Origin: an uncultured Dehalococcoidia bacterium
Lineage (GTDB): Bacteria > Chloroflexota > Dehalococcoidia > GIF9 > UBA5629
NCBI GenBank assembly: GCA_937975645.1
Contig: CALJTV010000016.1
Location: 12,348-76,347 of the forward strand
Length of the DNA stretch: 64,000 nucleotides
Reading direction: 5' to 3'
Every line of letters begins with the position of its first letter. Within the stretch, counting starts at the first letter, position 1. Made by a program: the position numbers and the translations under genes. This document shows positions 9,122 to 17,693 of the stretch, piece by piece. Below the pieces are notes generated by a model. It saw only the letters and a program-made list of their open reading frames with translations, had not been told where the DNA came from and ran no database searches.

Positions 9122-9987
9122 AGGTTGCAGTTATCGGCCCCAGCGGACAGCTCGGCTCTGACCTCTGTAAAACGCTTGCCCACTTTGACATCGTCTCTCT
9201 AACTCACAGTGACATCGAAATTACGGACATCCAGTCGGTAAAACGGGCGTTCTCCAGACACCATCCAGATATCGTCATTAACACTGCCGCCTTCGTCCGT
9301 GTTGACGACTGCGAGACCGAGCCGGACAAGGCTTTCCTGATAAACACCCTCGGCGCCCGAAACGTCGCTGTAATGGCAGAAGAGATCAGCGCTAAACTGG
9401 TGCATATTAGCACCGACTATGTCTTCGGCGGCGAGCCAGAAGCCCGCACCACCCCCTACACTGAGTTCGATACCCCAGTCCCGCCCAACATCTACGGCAA
9501 GTCCAAACTCGCCGGCGAGCAGTTTGTCCGCCATCTCTGTCGCAGACACTTCATCGTCCGCGTCTCCGCCCTTTTTGGCACCGCCGGCTCCAGCGGCAAA
9601 GGCGGCAACTTCGTCGAGACTATGATACGCCTGGCAAAAGAACGCCACCAGCTCACCGTGGTCAACGACCAGGTCTTCTCCCCCACCTATACAAAAGACC
9701 TTGCCAGCAAGATAGCCTGGCTCATCACCACCGAATACTACGGCACCTTCCACATCACCAATAAAGGCACCTGTTCCTGGTACGATTTCGCCAGAGAAAT
9801 ACTCAGACAGGCTGGGCTGTCCACACCCGTTATACCCATAACCTCAGACCAGTACCCACAGAAAGCCAGAAGGCCCCGCTATTCGGTGCTGGACAACTAC
9901 CACCTCCGCCTCCTCGGCGCCGATGATATGAGGCCATGGCAGGAAGCCCTCACCCACTACCTTAAGAGCAAAGGACACATCCCATGA
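9118..9987 (+). CDS. rfbD: dTDP-4-dehydrorhamnose reductase
   Basis: MKVAVIGPSGQLG..., YGKSKLAGE and an RmlD-like C-terminus. Its start overlaps the rfbB stop as ATGA. Confidence 0.85.
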   Translation: MKVAVIGPSGQLGSDLCKTLAHFDIVSLTHSDIEITDIQSVKRAFSRHHPDIVINTAAFVRVDDCETEPDKAFLINTLGARNVAVMAEEISAKLVHISTDYVFGGEPEARTTPYTEFDTPVPPNIYGKSKLAGEQFVRHLCRRHFIVRVSALFGTAGSSGKGGNFVETMIRLAKERHQLTVVNDQVFSPTYTKDLASKIAWLITTEYYGTFHITNKGTCSWYDFAREILRQAGLSTPVIPITSDQYPQKARRPRYSVLDNYHLRLLGADDMRPWQEALTHYLKSKGHIP

Positions 9988-11135
9988 CAGAGACCGGCAA
10001 GGGCACGGCTGACATAGTTATCATCGGCGCCGGTGTTATCGGCTGCAGCATCGCCTTCCACCTGGCGAAGATTGGCTCCTGGGACATCGTCGTGCTGGAA
10101 AAGGACGATATCGGCTCCGGTTCCACTGCCAAATGCGCCGGCGGCATCAGGCAACAGTTCTCCACCGAAGCCAATATCAGGCTGTCTATAGAAAGCGTCC
10201 GCTTCTTTGAACGCTTCGAAGAGATCACCGGCTACCCTGCCGACTTCCGCCAGAACGGCTACCTGATGCTGGCAACCACGGAGGAGGAAGCTGAAGCCTT
10301 CCAACAGAATGTGGCACTGCAGCACAAGCTCGGGGTGGAAGTCAGCCTCCTTTCACCTAAGGAGGTGAAAGAGCTTGTCCCCGCCCTCAGTAGCGATGAT
10401 GTGCTGACTGCAAGCTACTGCCCTTCAGACGGCTATGCCGACCCCTATTCCGTGGTACAGGGCTTCGCCCACGCCGCCAGAGAGATGGGGGTGAAGTTCC
10501 GACGGGAGACGGAGGTCATCGCCATCGAAAGAGAAAGGCAGTTCTGGAAAGTCCACACCACGCAGGGGGACTTCCACTGCTCCATTCTGGTCGTCGCCGC
10601 CGGCGCTTACAGCGGTATCTTAGGCAAAATGCTCGGTCTGGATATACCCCTTCACCCCCACCGCCGCCATCTGTTTATCACCGCACCCTGTGACCAGATC
10701 CCCAAAAACTCCCCGCTCGTCGTCGAATTCCGCACTGGCTTCTGGTTCCGTCGGGAAGGGCTTTGCCTCATCTTCGGCATGCGCAACCCAAACGAAGCTG
10801 AAGGGTTTGACACCTCTGTTGACTGGGGCTTCCTGCCTGCCATAGGGATAGCAGCACAAAAGCGCCTGCCGCTGCTCAACGGGCTCAGCATCACCTCAGC
10901 CCAGGCTGGGCTCCACGATGACACCCCGGACAACAACGCCATTATCAGCAGGGTGCCCGGGCTGGAAGACCTGTACCTCGCCTGCGGCTTCAGTGGACAC
11001 GGCTTCATGCATTCACCAGCAGTGGGCAGGATAGTCGCCGATCTAATAGCAGGCAAAGATGACCCGGACATTGCCTGCTTTGCCTTGGAAAGATTTAAGA
11101 CCAGCGCGACAAAAGCCGAAGGTTGCTTTATTTAG
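9984..11135 (+). CDS. FAD-dependent oxidoreductase (DAO/sarcosine-oxidase-beta-like)
   Basis: DIVIIGAGVIGCSIAFHLAK is a dinucleotide-binding motif, followed by a DAO-family pattern with ...GFSGHGFMHSPAVG.... Its start overlaps the rfbD stop as ATGA. Confidence 0.8.
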   Translation: MTETGKGTADIVIIGAGVIGCSIAFHLAKIGSWDIVVLEKDDIGSGSTAKCAGGIRQQFSTEANIRLSIESVRFFERFEEITGYPADFRQNGYLMLATTEEEAEAFQQNVALQHKLGVEVSLLSPKEVKELVPALSSDDVLTASYCPSDGYADPYSVVQGFAHAAREMGVKFRRETEVIAIERERQFWKVHTTQGDFHCSILVVAAGAYSGILGKMLGLDIPLHPHRRHLFITAPCDQIPKNSPLVVEFRTGFWFRREGLCLIFGMRNPNEAEGFDTSVDWGFLPAIGIAAQKRLPLLNGLSITSAQAGLHDDTPDNNAIISRVPGLEDLYLACGFSGHGFMHSPAVGRIVADLIAGKDDPDIACFALERFKTSATKAEGCFI

Positions 11136-11138
11136 CCA

Positions 11139-12350
11139 ATGGCTCACTTTGAGTCCACAGCAAGCCCCAAATATGAAAGGCAGCCCCTTATAGCCTTTGT
11201 TGGCTCACGCGGCATCCCCGGTGGTTACGGCGGCGCTGAGACCTTCGTCGAGGAAATAGCCCCCAGACTCCTCCAGCAGGGCTTCAAAGTCACCGTCACC
11301 TGTGAGTCCACCAAATTCCATAAGGACGATTACCACAGCATTATCAGGCTCCACGTCCCCGCCATCCAAGGAAAAACGCTCACCATCCCCACCATCAACG
11401 ATGTCCTAGCAACCATCTACCTCCTGTGCAAACACCCCAAAGTCCACCTTGTATATTACGTCGCCCCGGACGGCGCTTTGGCAGCCCTCATCCCGCGCCT
11501 CCTAGGCAAAAAGGTGGTCATCAATACCGACGGCATAGAGTGGAAGCGCCCTGTCTTCAGGCGCCCCTACTTCTCACTTTTCTGGAAATTCACCTCCCAC
11601 CTCACCTCATGGTATCTAAGATTTTCCGAATGGCTGGCGATCACAATAGCCCACACCATCATCGCCGACTCCAGGGCAATCAAGGACTACCTGGAGAAGA
11701 CCTATAGCACCGCCAAATCCGTCTACATCCCTTACGGTGCCAGAAAGCTTCTCGACGATGCCACCTCCTTCAGCCAGGAAGAAAAAGTGCTCACCACCTT
11801 CGGCTTATCGCCGCAGGGCTACTACCTCACCGTGGGCAGGATCGTCGCTGAGAACAACATCCACCTTGAAATAGCTGGCTTCAAAAAATCGGCCTCCCGT
11901 CATAAGCTGGTCATCATCGGCAACTTCAATCCCAAAGACGGCTACAACCGGTACCTATTCGAACTGATAGGGAATGACAGCAGAATACTCTTCCTCGACC
12001 CTACATACGATAAACATGTGCTGGGAATACTGCGCAAAAACTGCTTCGCCTATATCCACGCTTACGCGCTCGGCGGCACCAACCCCTCGCTCCTGGAGCA
12101 GATGGTCTTCTGCAGACCGGTACTGGCATATGACGTCCCCTTTCACCGCGAGGTGCTGCAGGACGGCGGCATCTACTTCAACAACGAGGACGAGCTGGCA
12201 GAGCGCATCGCCGCTTTGGAAAACGGTCGCTACGATATGTACCAGCTCGCCGCCGCACAGTCCCGCCGCCTCAGCGAGGACTACAACTGGGAACCGGTCA
12301 GCAAAAAATACCGCACCCTTTTCCTCGAGCTACTTCAGCCGCTAAAATAG
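11139..12350 (+). CDS. GT-B glycosyltransferase (GT4-like with DUF1972-type N-terminus; candidate rhamnosyltransferase)
   Basis: The N-terminus IAFVGSRGIPGGYGGAETFVEE resembles DUF1972. The C-terminal GT1/GT4 segment carries ...GGTNPSLLEQM.... The gene follows the rfb genes. Confidence 0.7.
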   Translation: MAHFESTASPKYERQPLIAFVGSRGIPGGYGGAETFVEEIAPRLLQQGFKVTVTCESTKFHKDDYHSIIRLHVPAIQGKTLTIPTINDVLATIYLLCKHPKVHLVYYVAPDGALAALIPRLLGKKVVINTDGIEWKRPVFRRPYFSLFWKFTSHLTSWYLRFSEWLAITIAHTIIADSRAIKDYLEKTYSTAKSVYIPYGARKLLDDATSFSQEEKVLTTFGLSPQGYYLTVGRIVAENNIHLEIAGFKKSASRHKLVIIGNFNPKDGYNRYLFELIGNDSRILFLDPTYDKHVLGILRKNCFAYIHAYALGGTNPSLLEQMVFCRPVLAYDVPFHREVLQDGGIYFNNEDELAERIAALENGRYDMYQLAAAQSRRLSEDYNWEPVSKKYRTLFLELLQPLK

Positions 12351-12368
12351 CACACAACAGCAGCACAG

Positions 12369-13247
12369 ATGAAAGCCAGCATCGTCGTCCTCACCAAAAA
12401 CGCTGGGGGAGGCTGGGAAAAACTCCTTCAACGCCTCCTCTCGCAGAAACTCAACGGCGAATACGAGGTTATCGTCATAGACTCCGGCTCCACCGATGGC
12501 ACACTGGACAAGACCCGCTCATATCCCGTCAGGCTGGTGCAGATACCTCCCGAAGAGTTCCACCACGGTAGGACCAGGAACCTCGGCGCTGAGCTTGCCC
12601 GGGGCGAAACACTGGCCTATATCACCCAGGACGCCCTACCCTCGCGTGATGACTGGCTCCAGAAGCTGGTGGACAACTTCGCCGACCCCTCGGTAGCCAT
12701 GGTCTGCGGCAGGCAGATACCCTGGGAACACACCAAGCCTCCGGAAAGGTTCTTCCATATGTACAACTTCCCCGACTTTAAGGTCCGCATCACCGCTCAC
12801 GATGCGGATTACTACCATGACAACCTGTTCATTTCGGATGTCAACTCGGCGCTGAAAAAGGACATCTGGCAAAAGTTCCGCTTCTCGGAAAAGGTCATCG
12901 TGGCTGAGGACAAGGAGCTCGCCGCCCGCCTGCTACGTGCCGGCTGGACGCTCATCTACGAGCCGGCTGCACCGGTGTACCACTCCCACGACCTCAGCCT
13001 CAAAGACGTCTTCAAACGCTCTTTCCTCTTTGGTATCGCCCTCAAGCAGGGTTCCGGCGGTCTCCCCCGCTCCCGGAACTGGGCTGCCCACCGCCTGGGC
13101 TACATACTGCAGGAAATAAACTTTGTGCTCTCTCAAGACCGCTGGTGGTACTGGCTGCCCTATTCAATCGCCTATGAACTTACCAAACTCCTCGGCATCG
13201 CCTGCGGCTACCTCTCCGTCTATCCCTCCCCCTTGAGGGAGAGGTAG
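12369..13247 (+). CDS. GT2 glycosyltransferase
   Basis: MKASIVVLTKNAGG...VIVIDSGSTDGT...QDA indicate a GT-A fold. The last codons (PSPLRER) are encoded by the REP-like element at 13224-13260. Confidence 0.75.
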   Translation: MKASIVVLTKNAGGGWEKLLQRLLSQKLNGEYEVIVIDSGSTDGTLDKTRSYPVRLVQIPPEEFHHGRTRNLGAELARGETLAYITQDALPSRDDWLQKLVDNFADPSVAMVCGRQIPWEHTKPPERFFHMYNFPDFKVRITAHDADYYHDNLFISDVNSALKKDIWQKFRFSEKVIVAEDKELAARLLRAGWTLIYEPAAPVYHSHDLSLKDVFKRSFLFGIALKQGSGGLPRSRNWAAHRLGYILQEINFVLSQDRWWYWLPYSIAYELTKLLGIACGYLSVYPSPLRER

Positions 13248-13260
13248 GGTGAGGGTGAAA
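13224..13260. repeat. REP-like imperfect palindrome plus GGTGAGGGTGAAA tail (solo copy)
   Basis: CCCTCCCCCTTGAGGGAGAGGTAGGGTGAGGGTGAAA closely matches 14328-14365. Confidence 0.7.
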
Positions 13261-13292
13261 TTATAGCCATAAAAAGCTACAATACATGAAAA

Positions 13293-14045
13293 ATGTGGCA
13301 GTACCGCGAACTAATCAAAAACCTCACCCTCGCCGAATTCAAAAACCGCTACCAGAATACCGCCCTTGGCTTCTTCTGGTCACTGCTCAGCCCCCTCCTC
13401 CTCTCACTCGTCCTCTGGTTCGTCTTCAGAAACCTCTTCCGCCAGGAAGAGAACTTCGCCGTCAACCTCCTTGTGGGCATCATGGCATGGCGCTTTTTCG
13501 CCACTGGCACCTCAGCCGCCCTCCAGTCCATTGTAGCCAAGCCCAGCCTGGTGACCAAGGTCTACATTCCGCGCCAGATACTTGTCCTCAGCACTGTGCT
13601 GGCTAACCTCATCAGCTCCCTGCTGGAATTCCTCGTCCTCCTTCCCGTCCTTTTGATCCTGCTGGGGCACCTCCCCCTCACCGTAGTCCTCTTCCCCCTC
13701 ATCCACATCCCCTACCTCATTTTCATCTACGGCATCGGGCTCTTCCTCGCCGCCCTGTTCGTCTACTTCCGCGACATGAACCAGATATGGGAGGTGCTGG
13801 TAAACATCCTCTTCTTCTGCTCGCCAATTGTCTACCCCCTCTCCATAGTCCCCGGCTACCTCATGCCCTATTACATTCTCAACCCTGTCACCCAGTTCAT
13901 CATCGTCTACCGCAACCTCATGGTCAACGGCACGCTACCGTCCCTGACAAGCACCGCCGGCATTGTCATTGCCGCCATCGTCGCCTGGTTTATCGGCAAT
14001 TTCGCCTTTGAACGGCTCCAGCGCCGCTTCGCCGAGGAGGTATAG
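13293..14045 (+). CDS. wzm: ABC-2 type polysaccharide/O-antigen exporter permease
   Basis: MWQYRELIKNLTLAEFKNRYQNT is a canonical Wzm/TagG N-terminus. The protein has six hydrophobic segments. Confidence 0.85.
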   Translation: MWQYRELIKNLTLAEFKNRYQNTALGFFWSLLSPLLLSLVLWFVFRNLFRQEENFAVNLLVGIMAWRFFATGTSAALQSIVAKPSLVTKVYIPRQILVLSTVLANLISSLLEFLVLLPVLLILLGHLPLTVVLFPLIHIPYLIFIYGIGLFLAALFVYFRDMNQIWEVLVNILFFCSPIVYPLSIVPGYLMPYYILNPVTQFIIVYRNLMVNGTLPSLTSTAGIVIAAIVAWFIGNFAFERLQRRFAEEV

Positions 14046-14140
14046 CCCATGCCCGCATTGCTAAAGTCGCCTCTATCACCCACCATGTCACCCCATATAG
14101 CCAGTCCACCGTCACGCCGAAGACCAAGAACCAGCTTTAC

Positions 14141-14367
14141 ATTCCCCTCTCTTTTGATGAAAAGCAACGGCACCCCGTCCATGCAGGCAAGAAAAATGAA
14201 AAGCCCCCTCTGCCTTAAAGGAGAGCGACAGGAGACTGTCTCTACCGCCACGGAAAGTATAAACACCCCCTCTCCCTCGAGGGAAAGCCATACAAGACTG
14301 TCCATGCAATCACAGAAAGTAAACACCCCCTCTCCCTCGAGGGAGAGGGATAGGTGAGGGTGAAAAA
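14141..14367. repeat. about 3.5 tandem copies of a ~61-bp unit, each containing a C-rich/G-rich palindrome
   Basis: C-rich cores begin at 14144, 14204, 14266 and 14326, a period of 60-62 nt. The last copy holds the perfect palindrome CCCTCTCCCTCGAGGGAGAGGG (14328-14349). Earlier copies are progressively degenerate. GTCCATGCA and AGACTGTC recur within the units. Confidence 0.75.
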
Positions 14368-15108
14368 ATGCCAGCAATAATCGCAGAAAACCTCTCCAAA
14401 AAGTTCCGCATTCCCAAAGAGAAGAGGACTACCCTCTTCCAGAACCTCATCGGCGCCATCAAAAGGCAGCTCGAATACCAGGAGTTCTGGGCGCTAAAAG
14501 ACGTCAGCTTCGAAGTAAACAAAGGCGAGACCTTCGGCATCATCGGCAGGAACGGCTCCGGCAAGACCACCCTGCTCAAAATACTCGCCAGGGTGCTCTA
14601 CCCCGACAAAGGCACGGTGACCATCAACGGCAAGGTTGCCTCCTTCCTTGAGCTCGGCGTCGGCTTTCAGCCCGAGCTCACCGCCAGGGACAATGTCTAC
14701 ATCTACGCCTCTATCCTCGGTATGGGCAAAAAGCAGGTGGACAGGGTGTATGACGATATCTTCGACTTCGCCGAGCTCCGCAAATTTCAGGACATGAAGC
14801 TAAAGAACTACTCCTCGGGCATGTACCTTCGCCTCGCCTTCTCCACTGCCATCCATGCCAGCCCGGACACCATGCTGGTGGACGAGGTACTGGCAGTAGG
14901 CGATGAAGCCTTCCAGAAAAAATGCATCGCCAAAATAGAAGAGTTCCACCGGCAGGGCAGGACGATCATCTTCGTCTCCCACAGCCTCAAAACAGTGCAG
15001 GAGCTCTGCCAGCGCTGTCTCCTCCTCGATGCCGGCAGAATGGTCTCCCTTGGCGCCACGGACAAGGTAGTAGCTGACTACCTCTCGCTGCTCCAAAGGA
15101 GTCCTTGA
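14368..15108 (+). CDS. wzt: polysaccharide/O-antigen ABC exporter ATP-binding protein (NBD only, no C-terminal carbohydrate-binding domain)
   Basis: Walker A GRNGSGKTT, signature YSSGMYLRLAF and Walker B MLVDEVLAVGD. At 246 aa it is NBD-only. The RBS GGTGAGGGTGA is supplied by the repeat element. Confidence 0.85.
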   Translation: MPAIIAENLSKKFRIPKEKRTTLFQNLIGAIKRQLEYQEFWALKDVSFEVNKGETFGIIGRNGSGKTTLLKILARVLYPDKGTVTINGKVASFLELGVGFQPELTARDNVYIYASILGMGKKQVDRVYDDIFDFAELRKFQDMKLKNYSSGMYLRLAFSTAIHASPDTMLVDEVLAVGDEAFQKKCIAKIEEFHRQGRTIIFVSHSLKTVQELCQRCLLLDAGRMVSLGATDKVVADYLSLLQRSP

Positions 15109-15164
15109 CTTAAACTAGCCGCTTCCGATTGAACCAGTCCAGGCTAGATGCTACAATTGCTTAA

Positions 15165-15344
15165 TTAAGCAAGCGAGGCATAAAGTCCGGCGAGAAGAGA
15201 GGTAGGACTGAAAGCGTTACACATACTCAGCTAGATGCTGCCCAGGCATTGCCCCACGAGCTGTACGACAAAAAGATCGCGTCGGAAAGGCTCGAAATAG
15301 CCAGAAAGGTCATAGAATGGATAAACCAGCAGCTCAAGAGTTAA
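15165..15344 (+). pseudogene. C-terminal remnant of a HEPN-domain gene (no start codon, catalytic region degenerate)
   Basis: The frame ending at TAA 15342-15344 reads ...ALPHELYDKKIASERLEIARKVIEWINQQLKS. This aligns with the C-terminus of the HEPN protein at 7299-7703 (GAPHRYYTVEMAQTCINYATSILEEVRKYL). An in-frame stop lies at 15162 and no ATG follows it. It overlaps the MNT gene in the same way as the intact pair. Confidence 0.45.
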
Positions 15345-15634
15345 CAGAGTTCCTTGCCAGGGTGCAGCAGAAATTTAAGCCAGAGAAGGTAGTCCTCTTC
15401 GGCAGCCGGGCACGTGGCGACCACCTCAAGCACAGCGACTATGATATCATCGTAGTCAGCCGCCACTTCGAAGGCTATAACTTCCTTAACAGGCTGGCAA
15501 TGCTATATGAACTCTGGGACAGCGAATTCCACCTCGACATATTAGCTTACACGCCGGAGGAATTCGAACAGAAGAAGGCTGAAATCGGCATAGTAGCGCA
15601 AGCCGCCAGAGAAGGCATTGAGATATTGCCCTGA
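15317..15634 (+). CDS. minimal nucleotidyltransferase (MNT) domain protein, orphan antitoxin-like
   Basis: LFGSRARGDHLKHSDYDIIVV is the NTase motif. The protein is 105 aa. Confidence 0.75.
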   Translation: MDKPAAQELTEFLARVQQKFKPEKVVLFGSRARGDHLKHSDYDIIVVSRHFEGYNFLNRLAMLYELWDSEFHLDILAYTPEEFEQKKAEIGIVAQAAREGIEILP

Positions 15635-15661
15635 TAGCACAGACGAAACGAGCACAGGATA

Positions 15662-16774
15662 ATGACGAATCAAAGACCGCCGGGATATAACTATACGCAG
15701 GTACTACTTGACCACCTGGGTGGCTGGGACAAAGTCTTTAACGGCGAGCTCATCTATCCCAGGCAACTGGAGATACATTTGCCCGGCAACCACAAGATAC
15801 CATGTAATTTCTACTGCTATTACTGCCAGGGGAGGCTCGTTGACCAGTCGTTGGGCATGGACGAGGAGGTCGTTTACCGGCTGGTGGAAAGGCTCCGGGG
15901 AAAGGTGCCTTTCCACATCTATGGCGGCGCCTACACCGAACCGCTACTCAACCCGTACCTACTGGACTTTCTCAAATTGACCAAGAGGTACGGCTCCAAG
16001 TTCGGCATCCATACGAATGGCTCATTATTGCTAAGACTACAAAAATCGAGCAATTTCCTGACAGAAATCTGCGCCCTCGCCACTTCCCCTGAGGACTATG
16101 TCTCAATCTCCATAGACGCCGGCTTTCCAAAAAGCCACATGGCGACCAAAAACCTCCAGAAGAACTGGTTCAACGAGATTATCCGTGGCGCGGAGCTGCT
16201 CTGCAAGATAAGGGGAACAGATAACAAGCCCGCGGTCAGGTTCTCCTATATCATCAACGAAAGCAATGCCACCTATGAAGAACTCTCCAACATTGTGAGG
16301 ATTGCCAGAGAAATCGGTGCAGATTCGGTCAGGTTCTCCATCCCCTACGACCTCTACGGGAAACCATTCGAACAGGTCAGGGACTACAAAAGACGAGTTG
16401 AGGTTCCGTTTGACACCGTCGTCAGGGCTAGGCTTGACGGGCTGCTCTCTACATCGGGAGCGAAGCCATTCGTCTTCTATATCCCACCAGCATCGCAGGA
16501 CGTGGACAAAATGAACTTCAGACAGTGTATCTATAGCTACTACCAGATCACCTTCGGTGCCGATGGCTGGGTATATAAGTGCTCCAGTACAGCCACTCCT
16601 AGTTTCAAATTCAACAGGCTGGGAAGGCAGACAGACGACCTGGAAGAGTTTCAGCGGCTGGTGTTGGAAAACCACAACCCGCAGTTCAACCCTGCCATCT
16701 GCTTCAGGAACGGCGCTAGATGTAACCGGATGGCACTGGAAATCAATGTTGCCTGGGCTGACCGCCATGCATAG
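15662..16774 (+). CDS. radical SAM enzyme (sugar-modifying role inferred from context)
   Basis: CNFYCYYC is a C-x3-C-x2-C motif near the N-terminus. The 370-aa protein has further C-terminal Cys residues. It is embedded in the glycan locus. Confidence 0.75.
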   Translation: MTNQRPPGYNYTQVLLDHLGGWDKVFNGELIYPRQLEIHLPGNHKIPCNFYCYYCQGRLVDQSLGMDEEVVYRLVERLRGKVPFHIYGGAYTEPLLNPYLLDFLKLTKRYGSKFGIHTNGSLLLRLQKSSNFLTEICALATSPEDYVSISIDAGFPKSHMATKNLQKNWFNEIIRGAELLCKIRGTDNKPAVRFSYIINESNATYEELSNIVRIAREIGADSVRFSIPYDLYGKPFEQVRDYKRRVEVPFDTVVRARLDGLLSTSGAKPFVFYIPPASQDVDKMNFRQCIYSYYQITFGADGWVYKCSSTATPSFKFNRLGRQTDDLEEFQRLVLENHNPQFNPAICFRNGARCNRMALEINVAWADRHA

Positions 16775-17693
16775 CATCGCTTTGATCGGATACGGTTACT
16801 GGGGGAAAAGGTTCCTCAGATATCTTGAGGAACAGTTCGAAGTTGCCTATATCTGCCACAGGAATGCTGCAGACTTAGGAAGATTCACCCCCAACATCGA
16901 GAAGGTCCTGAATAGCGACGTCGAGGCTGTGATAATTGCCACCCCGATCGATACGCACTACGAAATAGCCAAAAAAGCGCTGGAGCACGGCAAGCACGTC
17001 CTTTGTGAAAAACCGCTGGCTCAGTCCTCGTCACAGGTCATGGAGCTAGCCAACCTTGCCCAAAAAAACAATTTGCACCTCATCACCGAGTTCACCTACA
17101 CATTCTCCAGCGGGATCCAGCAAGCCAGGCAGCTTATCGAACAAAGTGCTATCGGCGACCTGCTCTCCATGGAAATGTCCTTGAGATACTTGGGCAGGTT
17201 TCTGAAGTTCAATGTCTACTGGCTTCTCGCCTCGCACATGCTTGCGGTGCGCCATATGTTCGTAGCGCTCACTGAAAACCGGTTCACGCTTATGGAACAA
17301 GTCCCGCACGAGACCGGCATCATCGAGGTCCACGGCAGGGTGCCCGGCTACATCAGCGTCAGCCTCAACTATCCCCAGCGGGAGACGCGGATAATATGGT
17401 ATGGGACAAATGGTACAATGCTATACGATGGCATAAACCAGCCTACGCTCAGCCTCGCCACATATAAGAAAAAGCCCGGAGCACTGGCAAACGAGATGCT
17501 GGAGCAGGTAAAATATTTCCATCATGACGAGCAAAACAACCTCAGAAACGCTGCCCTCTTCTTTGCCCATGTTTTGGACGGCGGGATCGACCCCACACAC
17601 AACCTTGAGATGTCGGCATCGGTTACCAGACTTCTGGAGGAACTAGACCGTGGAGCGCAAGCCGTTAGTATCGGTGATAATAGCCACCCATAA
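16767..17693 (+). CDS. Gfo/Idh/MocA family NAD(P)-dependent oxidoreductase
   Basis: MHSIALIGYGYWGKRF is a Rossmann motif and HVLCEKPLA is the EKP motif. The start overlaps the radical SAM stop (ATGCATAG). The upstream extension to 16557 lies inside the previous gene. Confidence 0.7.
   Translation: MHSIALIGYGYWGKRFLRYLEEQFEVAYICHRNAADLGRFTPNIEKVLNSDVEAVIIATPIDTHYEIAKKALEHGKHVLCEKPLAQSSSQVMELANLAQKNNLHLITEFTYTFSSGIQQARQLIEQSAIGDLLSMEMSLRYLGRFLKFNVYWLLASHMLAVRHMFVALTENRFTLMEQVPHETGIIEVHGRVPGYISVSLNYPQRETRIIWYGTNGTMLYDGINQPTLSLATYKKKPGALANEMLEQVKYFHHDEQNNLRNAALFFAHVLDGGIDPTHNLEMSASVTRLLEELDRGAQAVSIGDNSHP

Noticed and set aside
14049-14357. A 102-aa ORF filling the wzm-wzt gap (and the antisense 156-aa ORF 13907-14377).
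   Set aside because: The sequence is low-complexity Pro/Ser/Arg (repeated NTPSPSRE) generated by translating the tandem repeats. There is no RBS. Codon pattern is repeat-driven. It is more parsimoniously non-coding, although a small protein cannot be formally excluded.
14141-14367. Periodic palindromic repeats (period ~61 nt) that superficially resemble a mini CRISPR array.
   Set aside because: There are only 3-4 copies. The copies decay progressively rather than being identical. The inter-palindrome segments are themselves part of the repeating unit (GTCCATGCA and AGACTGTC recur). No cas genes or leader are present. A related solo copy at 13224 behaves like a REP-type element.
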